Of a stretch of 32,000 nt of DNA, positions 1 through 7,885 are shown piece after piece. Source of the DNA: an uncultured Eubacteriales bacterium. Lineage in GTDB: Bacteria > Bacillota > Clostridia > TANB77 > CAG-508. Position 1 is the first letter of the stretch, and each line of letters begins with the position of its first letter. A model generated the notes under the pieces. That model ran no database searches. It saw only the letters and a list, made by a program, of their open reading frames with translations, and was not told where the DNA came from. The stretch is taken from contig CABUJR010000015.1 in the NCBI GenBank assembly GCA_902492015.1, positions 3,950 through 35,949 on the forward strand, written 5' to 3'. The position numbers and the translations under genes were made by a program.

Positions 1-38
1 ACATAGCAGAACTTTTCATTATATAATTATATAAAAAT

Positions 39-72
39 AAGGAGTTCAAATATTTTGGACTCCCTATTTTTT
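39..72. terminator. Imperfect hairpin with flanking A- and T-runs, probably a bidirectional terminator downstream of the 83..3049 gene
   Basis: The arms aaggagttc / ggactccct (39-65) pair at 7 of 9 positions. A T-run follows at 66-72 on + and an A-rich run precedes the hairpin. Confidence 0.4.
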
Positions 73-82
73 ATTTTATTTT

Positions 83-3049
83 CTATTTTTCAGATAATTC
101 TAACATAGATTTCTTTAATTTTTCTAGTTTCTTTTCTGAATCTTCAATAGATTTTCCTTTAACTCCCATATAGAATTTAACTTTTGGCTCTGTTCCTGAT
201 GGTCTTACACAACACCATGCAGAATCTTCTAAGTCATAATATAATACATTTGATGTTGGTAGTCCTGTTTCAGTTTCCTTACCTGTTTTTACATCTAATA
301 TAGTTCCTTTTTGATAATCTCTAACTTTTGTTACTTTATATCCTCCCAATTCTTTTGGTGGATTATTTCTTATTGTTTCCAAAAGTTCTTTTATTTTAAT
401 TGCTCCATCAGCACCTTTTAAAGTAATTGTTGAAATACCTTCTTTATAGAAACCATATTTTTTGTAAATATTCATCATTTGATTCCATAAAGTTAATCCT
501 TTTTTCTTATAATATGCTGCTGCTTCGCAAAGTATCATAACTGCAGTTATAGCATCTTTGTCTCTTGCATGTGTTCCAACTAAACAACCATAACTTTCTT
601 CAAATCCAAATAAATATTCATTACTTCCTGTTTGTTCAAAGTTTCTAATTTGTTCTCCTATATATTTGAATCCTGTTAATACTTCTATAAAATCTATTTT
701 ATATTCTTCTGCTATTGCTATTGCTAAGTTTGAAGAAACTATTGTTGATATTAATGCTCCATTTTTTGGTAACATTTTTTTAGTTTTTTTCTGTGATAAT
801 ATATATTCTGCAATTAATAATCCAGACATATTTCCTGTGAATGGCATATATTCACCTGTTTTACTATCTTTAGCTAAAACTCCTAATCTATCTGCATCAG
901 GATCAGTTGCTAAAACTAAATCAGCATTTTCTTTTTTAGCAAGTTTTAATGCTAAATCAAAAGCTTTTAAATCTTCTGGATTTGGATAATCGACTGTTGG
1001 AAAACTTCCATTTGGTAATTCTTGTTCTGGTACTACATAAACATTTGAAAATCCTAAATCTTCTAATACTGTTTGTACCGGTATATTTCCTGTTCCATGC
1101 AATGGAGTATAAACAATTTTCAAATCTTTTTCTACTTCTTTTATAATTTCTGGATTTAATACTTGTTTTTTAATTGCTTTTAAGTATAATTTATCCATTG
1201 CTTTTCCTATTACATTATATAATCTTAATTTTTTAGCTTCTTCTAATGTAATAGATCTTATTAATGAATAATCTTTTACTTTATTTACTTCAGCAATAAT
1301 CTCCTTGTCATGTGGAGCAACTATTTGTGCGCCATCATCCCAATATACTTTATATCCATTGTATTCTGGTGGATTATGGCTTGCTGTAATCATAATTCCT
1401 GCAGTACATCCTAATTCTCTTACTGCAAATGATAATTCTGGAACTGGTCTTAATGAATCAAATATATATGTTTTAATTCCATTTGCATTTAAGCAAAGTG
1501 CTGTTGCCTCACTAAATTCTGGTGACATATTTCTTGAATCATAAGCAATCACAACACCTTTAGCTTCTGTTCCTTGTCTTAAAATATAATTTGCTAAACC
1601 TTGAGTTGCTTTTGTAACAGTATAAACATTCATTCTATTTGTACCATTACCTATAACACCTCTCATTCCTGCTGTCCCAAATTCTAAGTCTTTATAAAAT
1701 CTATCTTTTATCTCTTCTTCATTTCCTGCAATAGTTAATAATTCTTTTCTTGTTTCTTCATCGAATAACGGATTTGTTGACCAATCTTTATACTTTTTAG
1801 TATATTCTACTTTATTCATATAGTCTTTATATAATTTTCTTGCTGTTTCTGGACTATCTTGTCCTACAGCATTTTTAATAGGAGCAAATTCTTCTTCTCT
1901 TTTTACTCTTAGAACAACTACATCATCAAATAATTCGTAAGAATCAAATATGAACATTTCAAATTTATATGCATTAGGCTCTGTTCCCTCAATTACTTTG
2001 CCATTTTCATCTACATATTTTGCCTTTTTTACTGCTGTATGATAAGGAAGTTTCATTTCACTAACTTTCTCTAATCCTTTTATATTGTATAAATGGAAAA
2101 TAGCATTTGCATCACCATAAACAAGTGATCTATCATCATCTCTTAAGTTTGCCATTTCTTCAGATATTTCTGTATACTCTATAACACCCACTTTTTTATT
2201 TTTTCTACAGAAAACACCAACTTTTTCTTTAGGGTCTGTTTTTGCTATTGATTTAACTGCACCTAAAACTTTATTGTGTATAGACATTCCTATTAATAAT
2301 GGATCTACTGGCTTTACTAATACATTATCAACACCATTAATAAATACCCATTCAATTCCATTTTGTTTCATTTCATCTATTACATGATTTTTTTCCATTG
2401 ATTGTAATGTTCCACCATGTCCATTAGCAGCTTTTTTTACCATTCCGTTTTCTTCAAGTAAAATTTTACCTGTTAATGAAAGCATTGGTAGTTCACCTTG
2501 TTTAAAAAATCTAATTGCTTCTTTTGGATAACCAAAATAATTATGTTCTTCGAAAAAGGCAACTGTTGCATCATTATTTTCTCTACTAGTCATTATATAC
2601 CAAGGAATTACTGTATCATATTTTCTCCATGCTTCTTTAATTGTATCACATAAAGCTTCAAAAATAGATTTATTAGTTTCTGTATCAAATACAAATGTTC
2701 CTTTTGGTCCTTTATGTCCTAATCTTGTTCCTTGTCCTCCTGCCATAGTAACAACAGCAAATTTATTATACTTTATTGCTTCTATACCTTTCTTTTCATA
2801 CATATCACGTTCTGCAACTGTTAATTTAGATTTGTCTACATGCTCTATTGGCTCAATAGTAACTTTTCCTAAATCTACTGGTTTTGTTGCTTTTTCATAA
2901 AGTTCTTCCATTAAATCAAAATCAATATCTTTTATTTGATTTAATAATTCTTTTTTTTGTTCATCATTCATTTCGTCATATTTTAAAAGTAAATGCTCTT
3001 GTCCATATTTTTTTAGTACTTTTTTTATACTATCTAGTTCTTCTTCCAT
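83..3049 (-). CDS. Fusion protein: UDP-sugar pyrophosphorylase (UDPGP/UAP1-type) at the N-terminus and alpha-D-phosphohexomutase (phosphoglucomutase/phosphomannomutase, PgcA-like) at the C-terminus
   Basis: The ORF is 988 aa with RBS aaggag upstream of the ATG at 3049. The N-terminal ~420 aa carry YGQEHLL and MAGGQGTRLGHKGPKG (UDPGP nucleotide-binding loop). The C-terminal ~550 aa carry GTAGMRG, the phosphoserine loop TASHNPPEYNGYK, the Mg site TDPDADR, GFEESYG and RPSGTEP. Confidence 0.85.
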   Translation of the reverse strand: MEEELDSIKKVLKKYGQEHLLLKYDEMNDEQKKELLNQIKDIDFDLMEELYEKATKPVDLGKVTIEPIEHVDKSKLTVAERDMYEKKGIEAIKYNKFAVVTMAGGQGTRLGHKGPKGTFVFDTETNKSIFEALCDTIKEAWRKYDTVIPWYIMTSRENNDATVAFFEEHNYFGYPKEAIRFFKQGELPMLSLTGKILLEENGMVKKAANGHGGTLQSMEKNHVIDEMKQNGIEWVFINGVDNVLVKPVDPLLIGMSIHNKVLGAVKSIAKTDPKEKVGVFCRKNKKVGVIEYTEISEEMANLRDDDRSLVYGDANAIFHLYNIKGLEKVSEMKLPYHTAVKKAKYVDENGKVIEGTEPNAYKFEMFIFDSYELFDDVVVLRVKREEEFAPIKNAVGQDSPETARKLYKDYMNKVEYTKKYKDWSTNPLFDEETRKELLTIAGNEEEIKDRFYKDLEFGTAGMRGVIGNGTNRMNVYTVTKATQGLANYILRQGTEAKGVVIAYDSRNMSPEFSEATALCLNANGIKTYIFDSLRPVPELSFAVRELGCTAGIMITASHNPPEYNGYKVYWDDGAQIVAPHDKEIIAEVNKVKDYSLIRSITLEEAKKLRLYNVIGKAMDKLYLKAIKKQVLNPEIIKEVEKDLKIVYTPLHGTGNIPVQTVLEDLGFSNVYVVPEQELPNGSFPTVDYPNPEDLKAFDLALKLAKKENADLVLATDPDADRLGVLAKDSKTGEYMPFTGNMSGLLIAEYILSQKKTKKMLPKNGALISTIVSSNLAIAIAEEYKIDFIEVLTGFKYIGEQIRNFEQTGSNEYLFGFEESYGCLVGTHARDKDAITAVMILCEAAAYYKKKGLTLWNQMMNIYKKYGFYKEGISTITLKGADGAIKIKELLETIRNNPPKELGGYKVTKVRDYQKGTILDVKTGKETETGLPTSNVLYYDLEDSAWCCVRPSGTEPKVKFYMGVKGKSIEDSEKKLEKLKKSMLELSEK

Positions 3050-3242
3050 TATGTTTTACTCCTTTCTATTCTTCGAGTCATTTTTAACTTGGATATATAT
3101 TATATCATTTTTAGTTTTTAGTCAACAACAGCTTTTTATTAAATTATATTATTGTATTTTTTGCTTATTTTTCAAGCATTTCTTATTTTTTAAAAATTAT
3201 AAATAGATATTGACAAACTAAATTTCATATCGACATGCTATT

Positions 3243-3719
3243 CTATAATTGTGATTTTATTGTTTTTCTTTCTTGTGCATTTTGTGAATTTTTTATGATT
3301 TCAAACTTTCCAGTAGTATTAAGTATTCCAGAATATTTTTCACAAATCTCTCTTAAATTTTTTACATTTTCTAGATTATAACAATTTATTATTTCATAAA
3401 AATTACTATTTTTGTCAATGCTATCATTTACCTTATTTATAAACTCTTCTCCTCCTATAACTATTGCGATATCCTTTCTTAAGGATTCTTCACTAATCTC
3501 TTTTTTACATTTTTTCCAACCAAGATTTAATATTTTTTCTGCTTCTCCTTCAAAAACTTTTACTTGTTTCAAATATTTTTTTACATCTGAAGAAATATCT
3601 TTTTGAGAAAATATTACAAACTCTTTTTGTGCTTTTATTTTTTCATCTATATATGGCATTAATACTGTTAATAAGTGATATTCACTTACATAAAAATTAC
3701 AAAATTTTTGATTACTCAT
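3243..3719 (-). CDS. Hypothetical protein, 158 aa from the RBS-supported start
   Basis: The ORF track starts at 3761, but the internal ATG at 3719 (MSNQKF...) has ggaggtg 6 nt upstream. I recognise no diagnostic motif. The N-terminus (FYVSEYHLLTVLMPYIDE) only vaguely resembles MEDS-type sensory domains. Confidence 0.55.
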   Translation of the reverse strand: MSNQKFCNFYVSEYHLLTVLMPYIDEKIKAQKEFVIFSQKDISSDVKKYLKQVKVFEGEAEKILNLGWKKCKKEISEESLRKDIAIVIGGEEFINKVNDSIDKNSNFYEIINCYNLENVKNLREICEKYSGILNTTGKFEIIKNSQNAQERKTIKSQL

Positions 3720-3910
3720 AATCCGCACCTCCATATATTTAAACCTTTTTGATTGTATCATTTAGAATACCAAATATCAATTTAATTCGTACTTGCTTTT
3801 TCGACACATATCCAATTTTGGTATAAATTATTTTTTTTGCATATTTTTATAATTTTAGTAAATACTTAGATTATTAAATATTTTTTATTTTAGAAAGGAA
3901 TTATAAAAGT

Positions 3911-4522
3911 ATGAAAAAAATAAAATATTTTTGTATTTTGTCAATATTATTATTTAGCTTTGTATTTATAACAATTTCATCTTATGCTGCTTCTATTTCA
4001 ACTGATTTATCTAACAATTTTTTTAGACTTCACATTTTAGCAAATAGTGATTCTGAAGAAGATCAAGCTCTGAAATTAAAAGTAAGAGATAAGATTATTG
4101 AATATATGGATACTTTAACTTATGATGGATTATCTAAAGAAGAAGCAATAAATCTTACACAAAATCATTTAGATGATTTTAAGAAAATTGCTGAAGAAAC
4201 AATTCAAAAAGAGGGTTTTAATTATGAAGTATCTCTTAAAATAGATAACTTTTATTTTCCAACAAAAGTATATGGAAATATTTCTCTTCCGGCTGGATAC
4301 TATGATGGTTTAAAAATAGAAATTGGTGAAGCAAAAGGACAAAATTGGTGGTGCTCACTTTTTCCACCACTATGTTTCGTAGATATTTCTTCTGGAGTAA
4401 TAGATGAAGAATCTGAAGAAACTCTAAAAACAAATCTTTCTGAAGAAGATTTTGCAATCATAACAAGTGATTCGGAAACTATAAAATTAAAATTTAAAAT
4501 AGTAGAAATGTTCTCAAAATAA
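3911..4522 (+). CDS. spoIIR: Stage II sporulation protein R (signal for pro-sigma-E processing)
   Basis: The protein is 203 aa with an N-terminal signal/TM segment. It has the SpoIIR signature FRLHILANSDSEEDQALKLKVRD and a later WWCSLFPPLCF motif. Confidence 0.85.
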   Translation: MKKIKYFCILSILLFSFVFITISSYAASISTDLSNNFFRLHILANSDSEEDQALKLKVRDKIIEYMDTLTYDGLSKEEAINLTQNHLDDFKKIAEETIQKEGFNYEVSLKIDNFYFPTKVYGNISLPAGYYDGLKIEIGEAKGQNWWCSLFPPLCFVDISSGVIDEESEETLKTNLSEEDFAIITSDSETIKLKFKIVEMFSK

Positions 4523-4524
4523 AG

Positions 4525-4581
4525 TATACAGAGATTTACCCTTTATATTTGTAAAAAATATATTGTAAATCTTGTATTTTT
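4525..4581 (+). terminator. Candidate intrinsic terminator after spoIIR
   Basis: The stem atacagagatttac (4526-4539) / gtaaatcttgtat (4565-4577) forms 13 bp with a 1-nt bulge and a 25-nt loop. A T-run follows at 4577-4581. Confidence 0.45.
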
Positions 4582-4646
4582 ATGATATATTTTCTAATGA
4601 GTATTTTTATGCTCACAAATAAAACAAAATATTGGGGGTATAACTT

Positions 4647-5909
4647 TTGGAAAAATTAGTTATTACTGGAAAAACTCCTTTAAAAGGAGAAGTAGTAATA
4701 AGTGGCGCAAAAAATGCCGCTGTTGCAATAATACCAGCAACTTTATTAATAAATGGAACATGTACAATAGAAAACTTACCAAATATTAGTGATGTAAGAT
4801 TATATTGTGATATATTAAAAGAAATCGGAGCAAAAATAACTTGGAATACTCCAAATGAAATTACTGTTGACACAAGAGAAATAGATTATAAACAAATACC
4901 TTTAGAAACTACTAGAAAATTTAGAGCTTCTTATTATCTTTTAGGAGCATTACTTGGTAGAACAAAAAATGCAAAAATAGGCACACCTGGCGGATGTAAT
5001 TTAGGAGCAAGACCTATTGATCAACATATTAAAAGTTTTGAAGCTTTAGGTGCTACTGTTGATGTTTCAAATGGAAATATAACAGCAAAAGCAAAAAAAT
5101 TAAAAGGAACTTCTATTTATATGGATGTTGTATCTGTTGGTGCAACAATTAATGCCATGCTTGCTGCTGTTTTAGCAGAAGGAACAACTGTTATAGATAA
5201 TGCTGCTAAAGAGCCTCATATTGTTGATGTTGCAAACTTTTTAAATACTATGGGAGCTGACATTAGAGGTGCTGGTACAGATATAATAAAAGTAAATGGT
5301 GTAAAAGAATTAAAAGGAAATGCTACATATTCTGTAGTTCCAGATCAAATAGAAGCTGGTACTTTTATGCTTGCTGCAATAGCATCAAAAGGTGATATAA
5401 CAATAAAGAATTGTATTACAAAGCACTTAGAATCAATAATAGCAAAAGTAATAGAAATAGGCGGTAATGTTGATGCAAATGGAGACCATTTAAGAGTTTG
5501 GTACTCAAAAAGAACTCATAAAGCAAATATTAAAACATTACCATATCCTGGTTTTCCAACAGATTTGCAACCTCAAATGGGTGTGGTTCTTGCTTTATCA
5601 GAAGGTACAAGCATTATAAATGAAAGCATTTGGGAATCTAGATTTCAATATACCGCAGAGTTAAATAAAATGGGAGCTAAAATAACAGCACAAGGAAAAA
5701 CAGCTATTTTTGAAGGTGTAAATGAACTTACAGCAGCTCCTGTTTACGCAACAGATTTAAGAGCTGGTGCAGCTCTTATAATTGCTGGAATTGTAGCTAA
5801 AGGAAAAACAGAAATTTATAACTTAAATCATATTGATAGAGGTTATGAACATATAGAAGAAAAATTCAAAAAATTAGGTGCAAAAATCGAAAGAGTAATA
5901 GAAGAATAA
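4647..5909 (+). CDS. murA: UDP-N-acetylglucosamine 1-carboxyvinyltransferase
   Basis: The protein is 420 aa with a TTG start 8 nt after ggggg. The N-terminus is LVITGKTPLKGEVVISGAKNAA. The active-site Cys loop is PGGCNLGARPIDQH. The C-terminal region carries TDLRAGAALIIAG. Confidence 0.95.
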   Translation: MEKLVITGKTPLKGEVVISGAKNAAVAIIPATLLINGTCTIENLPNISDVRLYCDILKEIGAKITWNTPNEITVDTREIDYKQIPLETTRKFRASYYLLGALLGRTKNAKIGTPGGCNLGARPIDQHIKSFEALGATVDVSNGNITAKAKKLKGTSIYMDVVSVGATINAMLAAVLAEGTTVIDNAAKEPHIVDVANFLNTMGADIRGAGTDIIKVNGVKELKGNATYSVVPDQIEAGTFMLAAIASKGDITIKNCITKHLESIIAKVIEIGGNVDANGDHLRVWYSKRTHKANIKTLPYPGFPTDLQPQMGVVLALSEGTSIINESIWESRFQYTAELNKMGAKITAQGKTAIFEGVNELTAAPVYATDLRAGAALIIAGIVAKGKTEIYNLNHIDRGYEHIEEKFKKLGAKIERVIEE

Positions 5910-5924
5910 CGAAAGGTAAAATAT

Positions 5925-6713
5925 ATGTTAAAATTTTGTAGCTTATATAGTGGAAGTTCAGGAAATTGTTTATTCGTAAGTTCAAACAACACTAAGATTT
6001 TAATCGACTGTGGAACAAGTTGCAAAAAAATTTGTGAAGGACTAGCATCAATTGATTCATCAATAGAAGATATTGATGCTATTTTAGTTACACATGAACA
6101 TTCTGACCATGTTCAAAGTTTAGGAATGGTATCAAAAAAATTTGATATACCTGTTTACGCAAACTCTGAAACTTGGAATGCTATGGATAAACAAAAAGAA
6201 AAAATTTCAGCAAATAATATAAAAATGTTTGATAATGATGTTGATTTTACTTTAAATGACTTAACAATACATCCTTTTTCTACTCCACATGATGCAGTAA
6301 ATCCTTGTGGTTTTAATATACATAATGGAAAAAGAAAATTAAGTATAGCCACTGATTTAGGTCATATGAATAATGATATATTTAAACAATTAGAAAAAAG
6401 TTCTTTTATACTTCTTGAATCTAATTATGATCCAGAAGTATTAAAAACATCAAAATATCCATTCTATTTAAAACAGAGAATTGCAGGTCCTACTGGACAT
6501 TTATCTAACGAAACAGCAGGAAAAACAATTTCAGCATTAATGGAAAAAGATTTAAAAAGTGTAATGCTTGGACATTTGAGCAAAGAAAGTAATTTTCCGG
6601 AACTTGCATATCAAACAGTGGTAGAACAGCTTATAGATAATAATGCAGATATAAATAAAATTAGTTTGAGTGTTGCCTCTAGAAATATGCCTAGCAAAAT
6701 TATAAATATTTAA
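5925..6713 (+). CDS. MBL-fold metallo-hydrolase, YycJ/WalJ-like
   Basis: The protein is 262 aa with the HxHxDH motif (VTHEHSDHV) and a later ATDLGH. It starts 15 nt after the murA stop with RBS gaaaggt, so it is probably co-transcribed. Confidence 0.85.
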   Translation: MLKFCSLYSGSSGNCLFVSSNNTKILIDCGTSCKKICEGLASIDSSIEDIDAILVTHEHSDHVQSLGMVSKKFDIPVYANSETWNAMDKQKEKISANNIKMFDNDVDFTLNDLTIHPFSTPHDAVNPCGFNIHNGKRKLSIATDLGHMNNDIFKQLEKSSFILLESNYDPEVLKTSKYPFYLKQRIAGPTGHLSNETAGKTISALMEKDLKSVMLGHLSKESNFPELAYQTVVEQLIDNNADINKISLSVASRNMPSKIINI

Positions 6714-6715
6714 AG

Positions 6716-6762
6716 GAAAAACCGAGAGTATCCCTATTATAGAGATTCTCTCGGTTCTTTTA
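6716..6762. terminator. Bidirectional terminator between convergent genes
   Basis: The stem aaccgagag (6720-6728) / ctctcggtt (6748-6756) has an A-run before it and a T-run after it. Confidence 0.65.
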
Positions 6763-6780
6763 ATTAGTGCTTATTCTCTA

Positions 6781-7332
6781 CTATGCAGAGTACTTTTTTG
6801 CCCGCTCCAAAGCCTGAATCGATTTAGAAATCAGTTTGAGATACTCTTCCCTCATATTCTCGACTTCTTTCTCTGAAGCTCCTCTTTCGAGAGCCTTGCT
6901 TATACTCTGTTCTTTTTCATCTGCACGAGCCTTCCATACCTCAGCTTCCTTAATGCAATCCTCTCTTTTCTGCTTATCCTGCTCCACTGCCGTTTTAAGT
7001 TTTCCAGCTCTAGAGCATAATTTCTCTCCTCTGCTCAGCTTTACAGCAGCCGCGCTCGAAGAAGAAGTTTCTTTTGCATTTTCTGCATCTGCTGCCCTCT
7101 TCCTCAAGCTTTGCTCAGCACTTTGGGCGCGCTCCTTTACCTTTTTTTTATGTTTTCTGGTTTTCGCCCGCCTCTCAGCTCTACCTCCATGGCTACCACC
7201 TTTTCCAAAAGTATCGCTATCTTCCTCATCAGTGGCTTCTGTCAGTTCCATGTCATCACATTCGTAGGATTCGTCGTTAAAATCTGCCTCTCCTACAATA
7301 CCTTCCATGATTTCCCGAGTTGTTTTTGCCAT
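6781..7332 (-). CDS. Hypothetical highly charged protein (acidic N-terminus, Lys/Arg-rich centre, Ala/Glu/Lys coiled-coil-like C-terminus) encoded in a G+C-rich island
   Basis: The ORF is 183 aa with RBS gaaaggagc 7 nt before the ATG at 7332. It has its own consensus promoter and terminator. I found no TM segment and no motif I recognise. The + strand ORFs across the same DNA are Ser/Leu/Phe-rich shadows. Confidence 0.6.
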   Translation of the reverse strand: MAKTTREIMEGIVGEADFNDESYECDDMELTEATDEEDSDTFGKGGSHGGRAERRAKTRKHKKKVKERAQSAEQSLRKRAADAENAKETSSSSAAAVKLSRGEKLCSRAGKLKTAVEQDKQKREDCIKEAEVWKARADEKEQSISKALERGASEKEVENMREEYLKLISKSIQALERAKKYSA

Positions 7333-7365
7333 ATCAATAGCTCCTTTCTATTTTTTAATATTATT

Positions 7366-7394
7366 ATTATACAACGGTTTTCTATCAAAGTCAA
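7366..7394 (-). promoter_or_regulatory. Consensus sigma-A-type promoter for the 6781..7332 gene
   Basis: On the minus strand it reads TTGACT (7394-7389), a 17-nt spacer, then TATAAT (7371-7366). Confidence 0.6.
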
Positions 7395-7401
7395 ACTAAG
7401 T

Positions 7402-7542
7402 TCATTCTATTTTCATACAACTTACTTTTATTTTTCTTTATCTATTCCTATAACTTTAATAATATCTTCTACAGCAACTACTTTAGGACAATTTTTTCCA
7501 TTAAATATTTATATAAATCCTGAACATTGTTTAAATGCTGAT
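7402..7542 (-). pseudogene. Decayed, internally deleted fragment of a tex-like gene
   Basis: The minus-strand translation is SAFKQCSGFI*IFNGKNCPKVVAVEDIIKVIGIDKEKIKVSCMKIE*. It aligns to Tex SAFKQCAGFIRIFNGKN (nt ~8385-8442) joined in frame to PSEVVSVGDIVKVKVIGIDREKQKVSLSMKI (nt 7886-7981). A TAA replaces the Arg codon. The fragment ends about 345 bp from the intact tex stop. Confidence 0.75.
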
Positions 7543-7593
7543 ATTAATACAATGAATTTAACTATTACATCTAAAGATAATCCATACAAGTAA

Positions 7594-7707
7594 TTACAAT
7601 TTAATTTGTAATTTTCTTTTTAACTTTATACAAATAATTTTTACTATAATCTTTTTGATACTAAAAAATGAAAGAATAAAAACAGAAATTGAAAACAAAA
7701 AATTCAT
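7594..7707 (-). CDS. Candidate small membrane peptide (37 aa, hydrophobic N-terminus plus Lys-rich tail), type-I-toxin-like
   Basis: This ORF is not in the ORF track. It encodes MNFLFSISVFILSFFSIKKIIVKIICIKLKRKLQIKL. AGGAGG lies 4 nt before the ATG at 7707. A promoter-like element sits at 7732-7761. A 7-bp hairpin (7713-7730) can pair the SD. In this AT-rich DNA a short ORF like this could be chance. Confidence 0.35.
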   Translation of the reverse strand: MNFLFSISVFILSFFSIKKIIVKIICIKLKRKLQIKL

Positions 7708-7731
7708 AAAACCTCCTAAATAATTAGGAGT

Positions 7732-7761
7732 ATGATAACATTTTAACTGTATAAATGTCAA
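7732..7761 (-). promoter_or_regulatory. Candidate promoter for the 37-aa ORF
   Basis: On the minus strand it reads TTGACA (7761-7756), an 18-nt spacer, then an extended -10 TGtTATCAT (7740-7732). Confidence 0.4.
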
Positions 7762-7791
7762 TAAGAAGCATAAAAATGCTTCTTATTTTTT
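7760..7791. terminator. Intrinsic terminator hairpin with its strong U-run on the + strand only
   Basis: The stem aataagaagca (7760-7770) / tgcttcttatt (7777-7787) has a 6-nt loop and a T-run to 7791 on +. On the minus strand (downstream of tex) the hairpin is followed only by uugacauuu. Confidence 0.6.
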
Positions 7792-7885
7792 ATTAACATT
7801 AATTAACTTTTTATATACAGTATTTTTATTATTTTATATGTTATTATTCTATATTTTATTGTTCTATATCTATCTTTACTAACTT

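Noticed and set aside
666-3087. + strand ORFs inside the 83..3049 gene (666..989, 949..1146, 1305..1544, 2884..3087)
   Set aside because: They lie antisense to a 988-aa ORF with clear enzyme motifs. They have Phe/Leu/Ser/Ile-rich shadow composition and no RBS. Other antisense track ORFs fail for the same reason: 3412..3606, 4236..4457, 4613..4873, 5843..6025, 6155..6352, 8680..8919, 10626..10919, 23433..23633, 27284..27553, 28440..28622, 28664..28849, 29777..30055 and 31246..31509.
3800-3806. Perfect Spo0A-box heptamer (TGTCGAA on the minus strand) between the divergent 3243..3719 gene and spoIIR
   Set aside because: From a rough base-frequency estimate I expect about 2-3 chance occurrences of this 7-mer in 32 kb on both strands, so a single copy is not evidence.
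3838-3867. Possible sigma-F promoter upstream of spoIIR (GCATA at 3839-3843)
   Set aside because: spoIIR is sigma-F dependent in Bacillus, and the -35-like GCATA is present. However, no -10 element matches GGnnAnAnT well at a 14-15 nt spacing; the best match is 6/8 at a 13-nt spacing. That is not enough to call.
6836-7593. + strand ORFs across the G+C-rich island and tex remnant (6836..7267, 7074..7280, 7111..7593)
   Set aside because: The minus-strand ORF has a consensus promoter, a good RBS and a terminator. The + strand ORFs are Ser/Leu/Phe-rich and lack RBSs. In addition, 7111..7593 runs through the promoter and the pseudogene.
7592-7613. AT-only hairpin (aattacaa/ttgtaatt) plus T-run as an independent terminator
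   Set aside because: It has only one G-C pair, so stability is marginal. I mention it only as supporting context in the small-ORF finding and do not call it as a feature.
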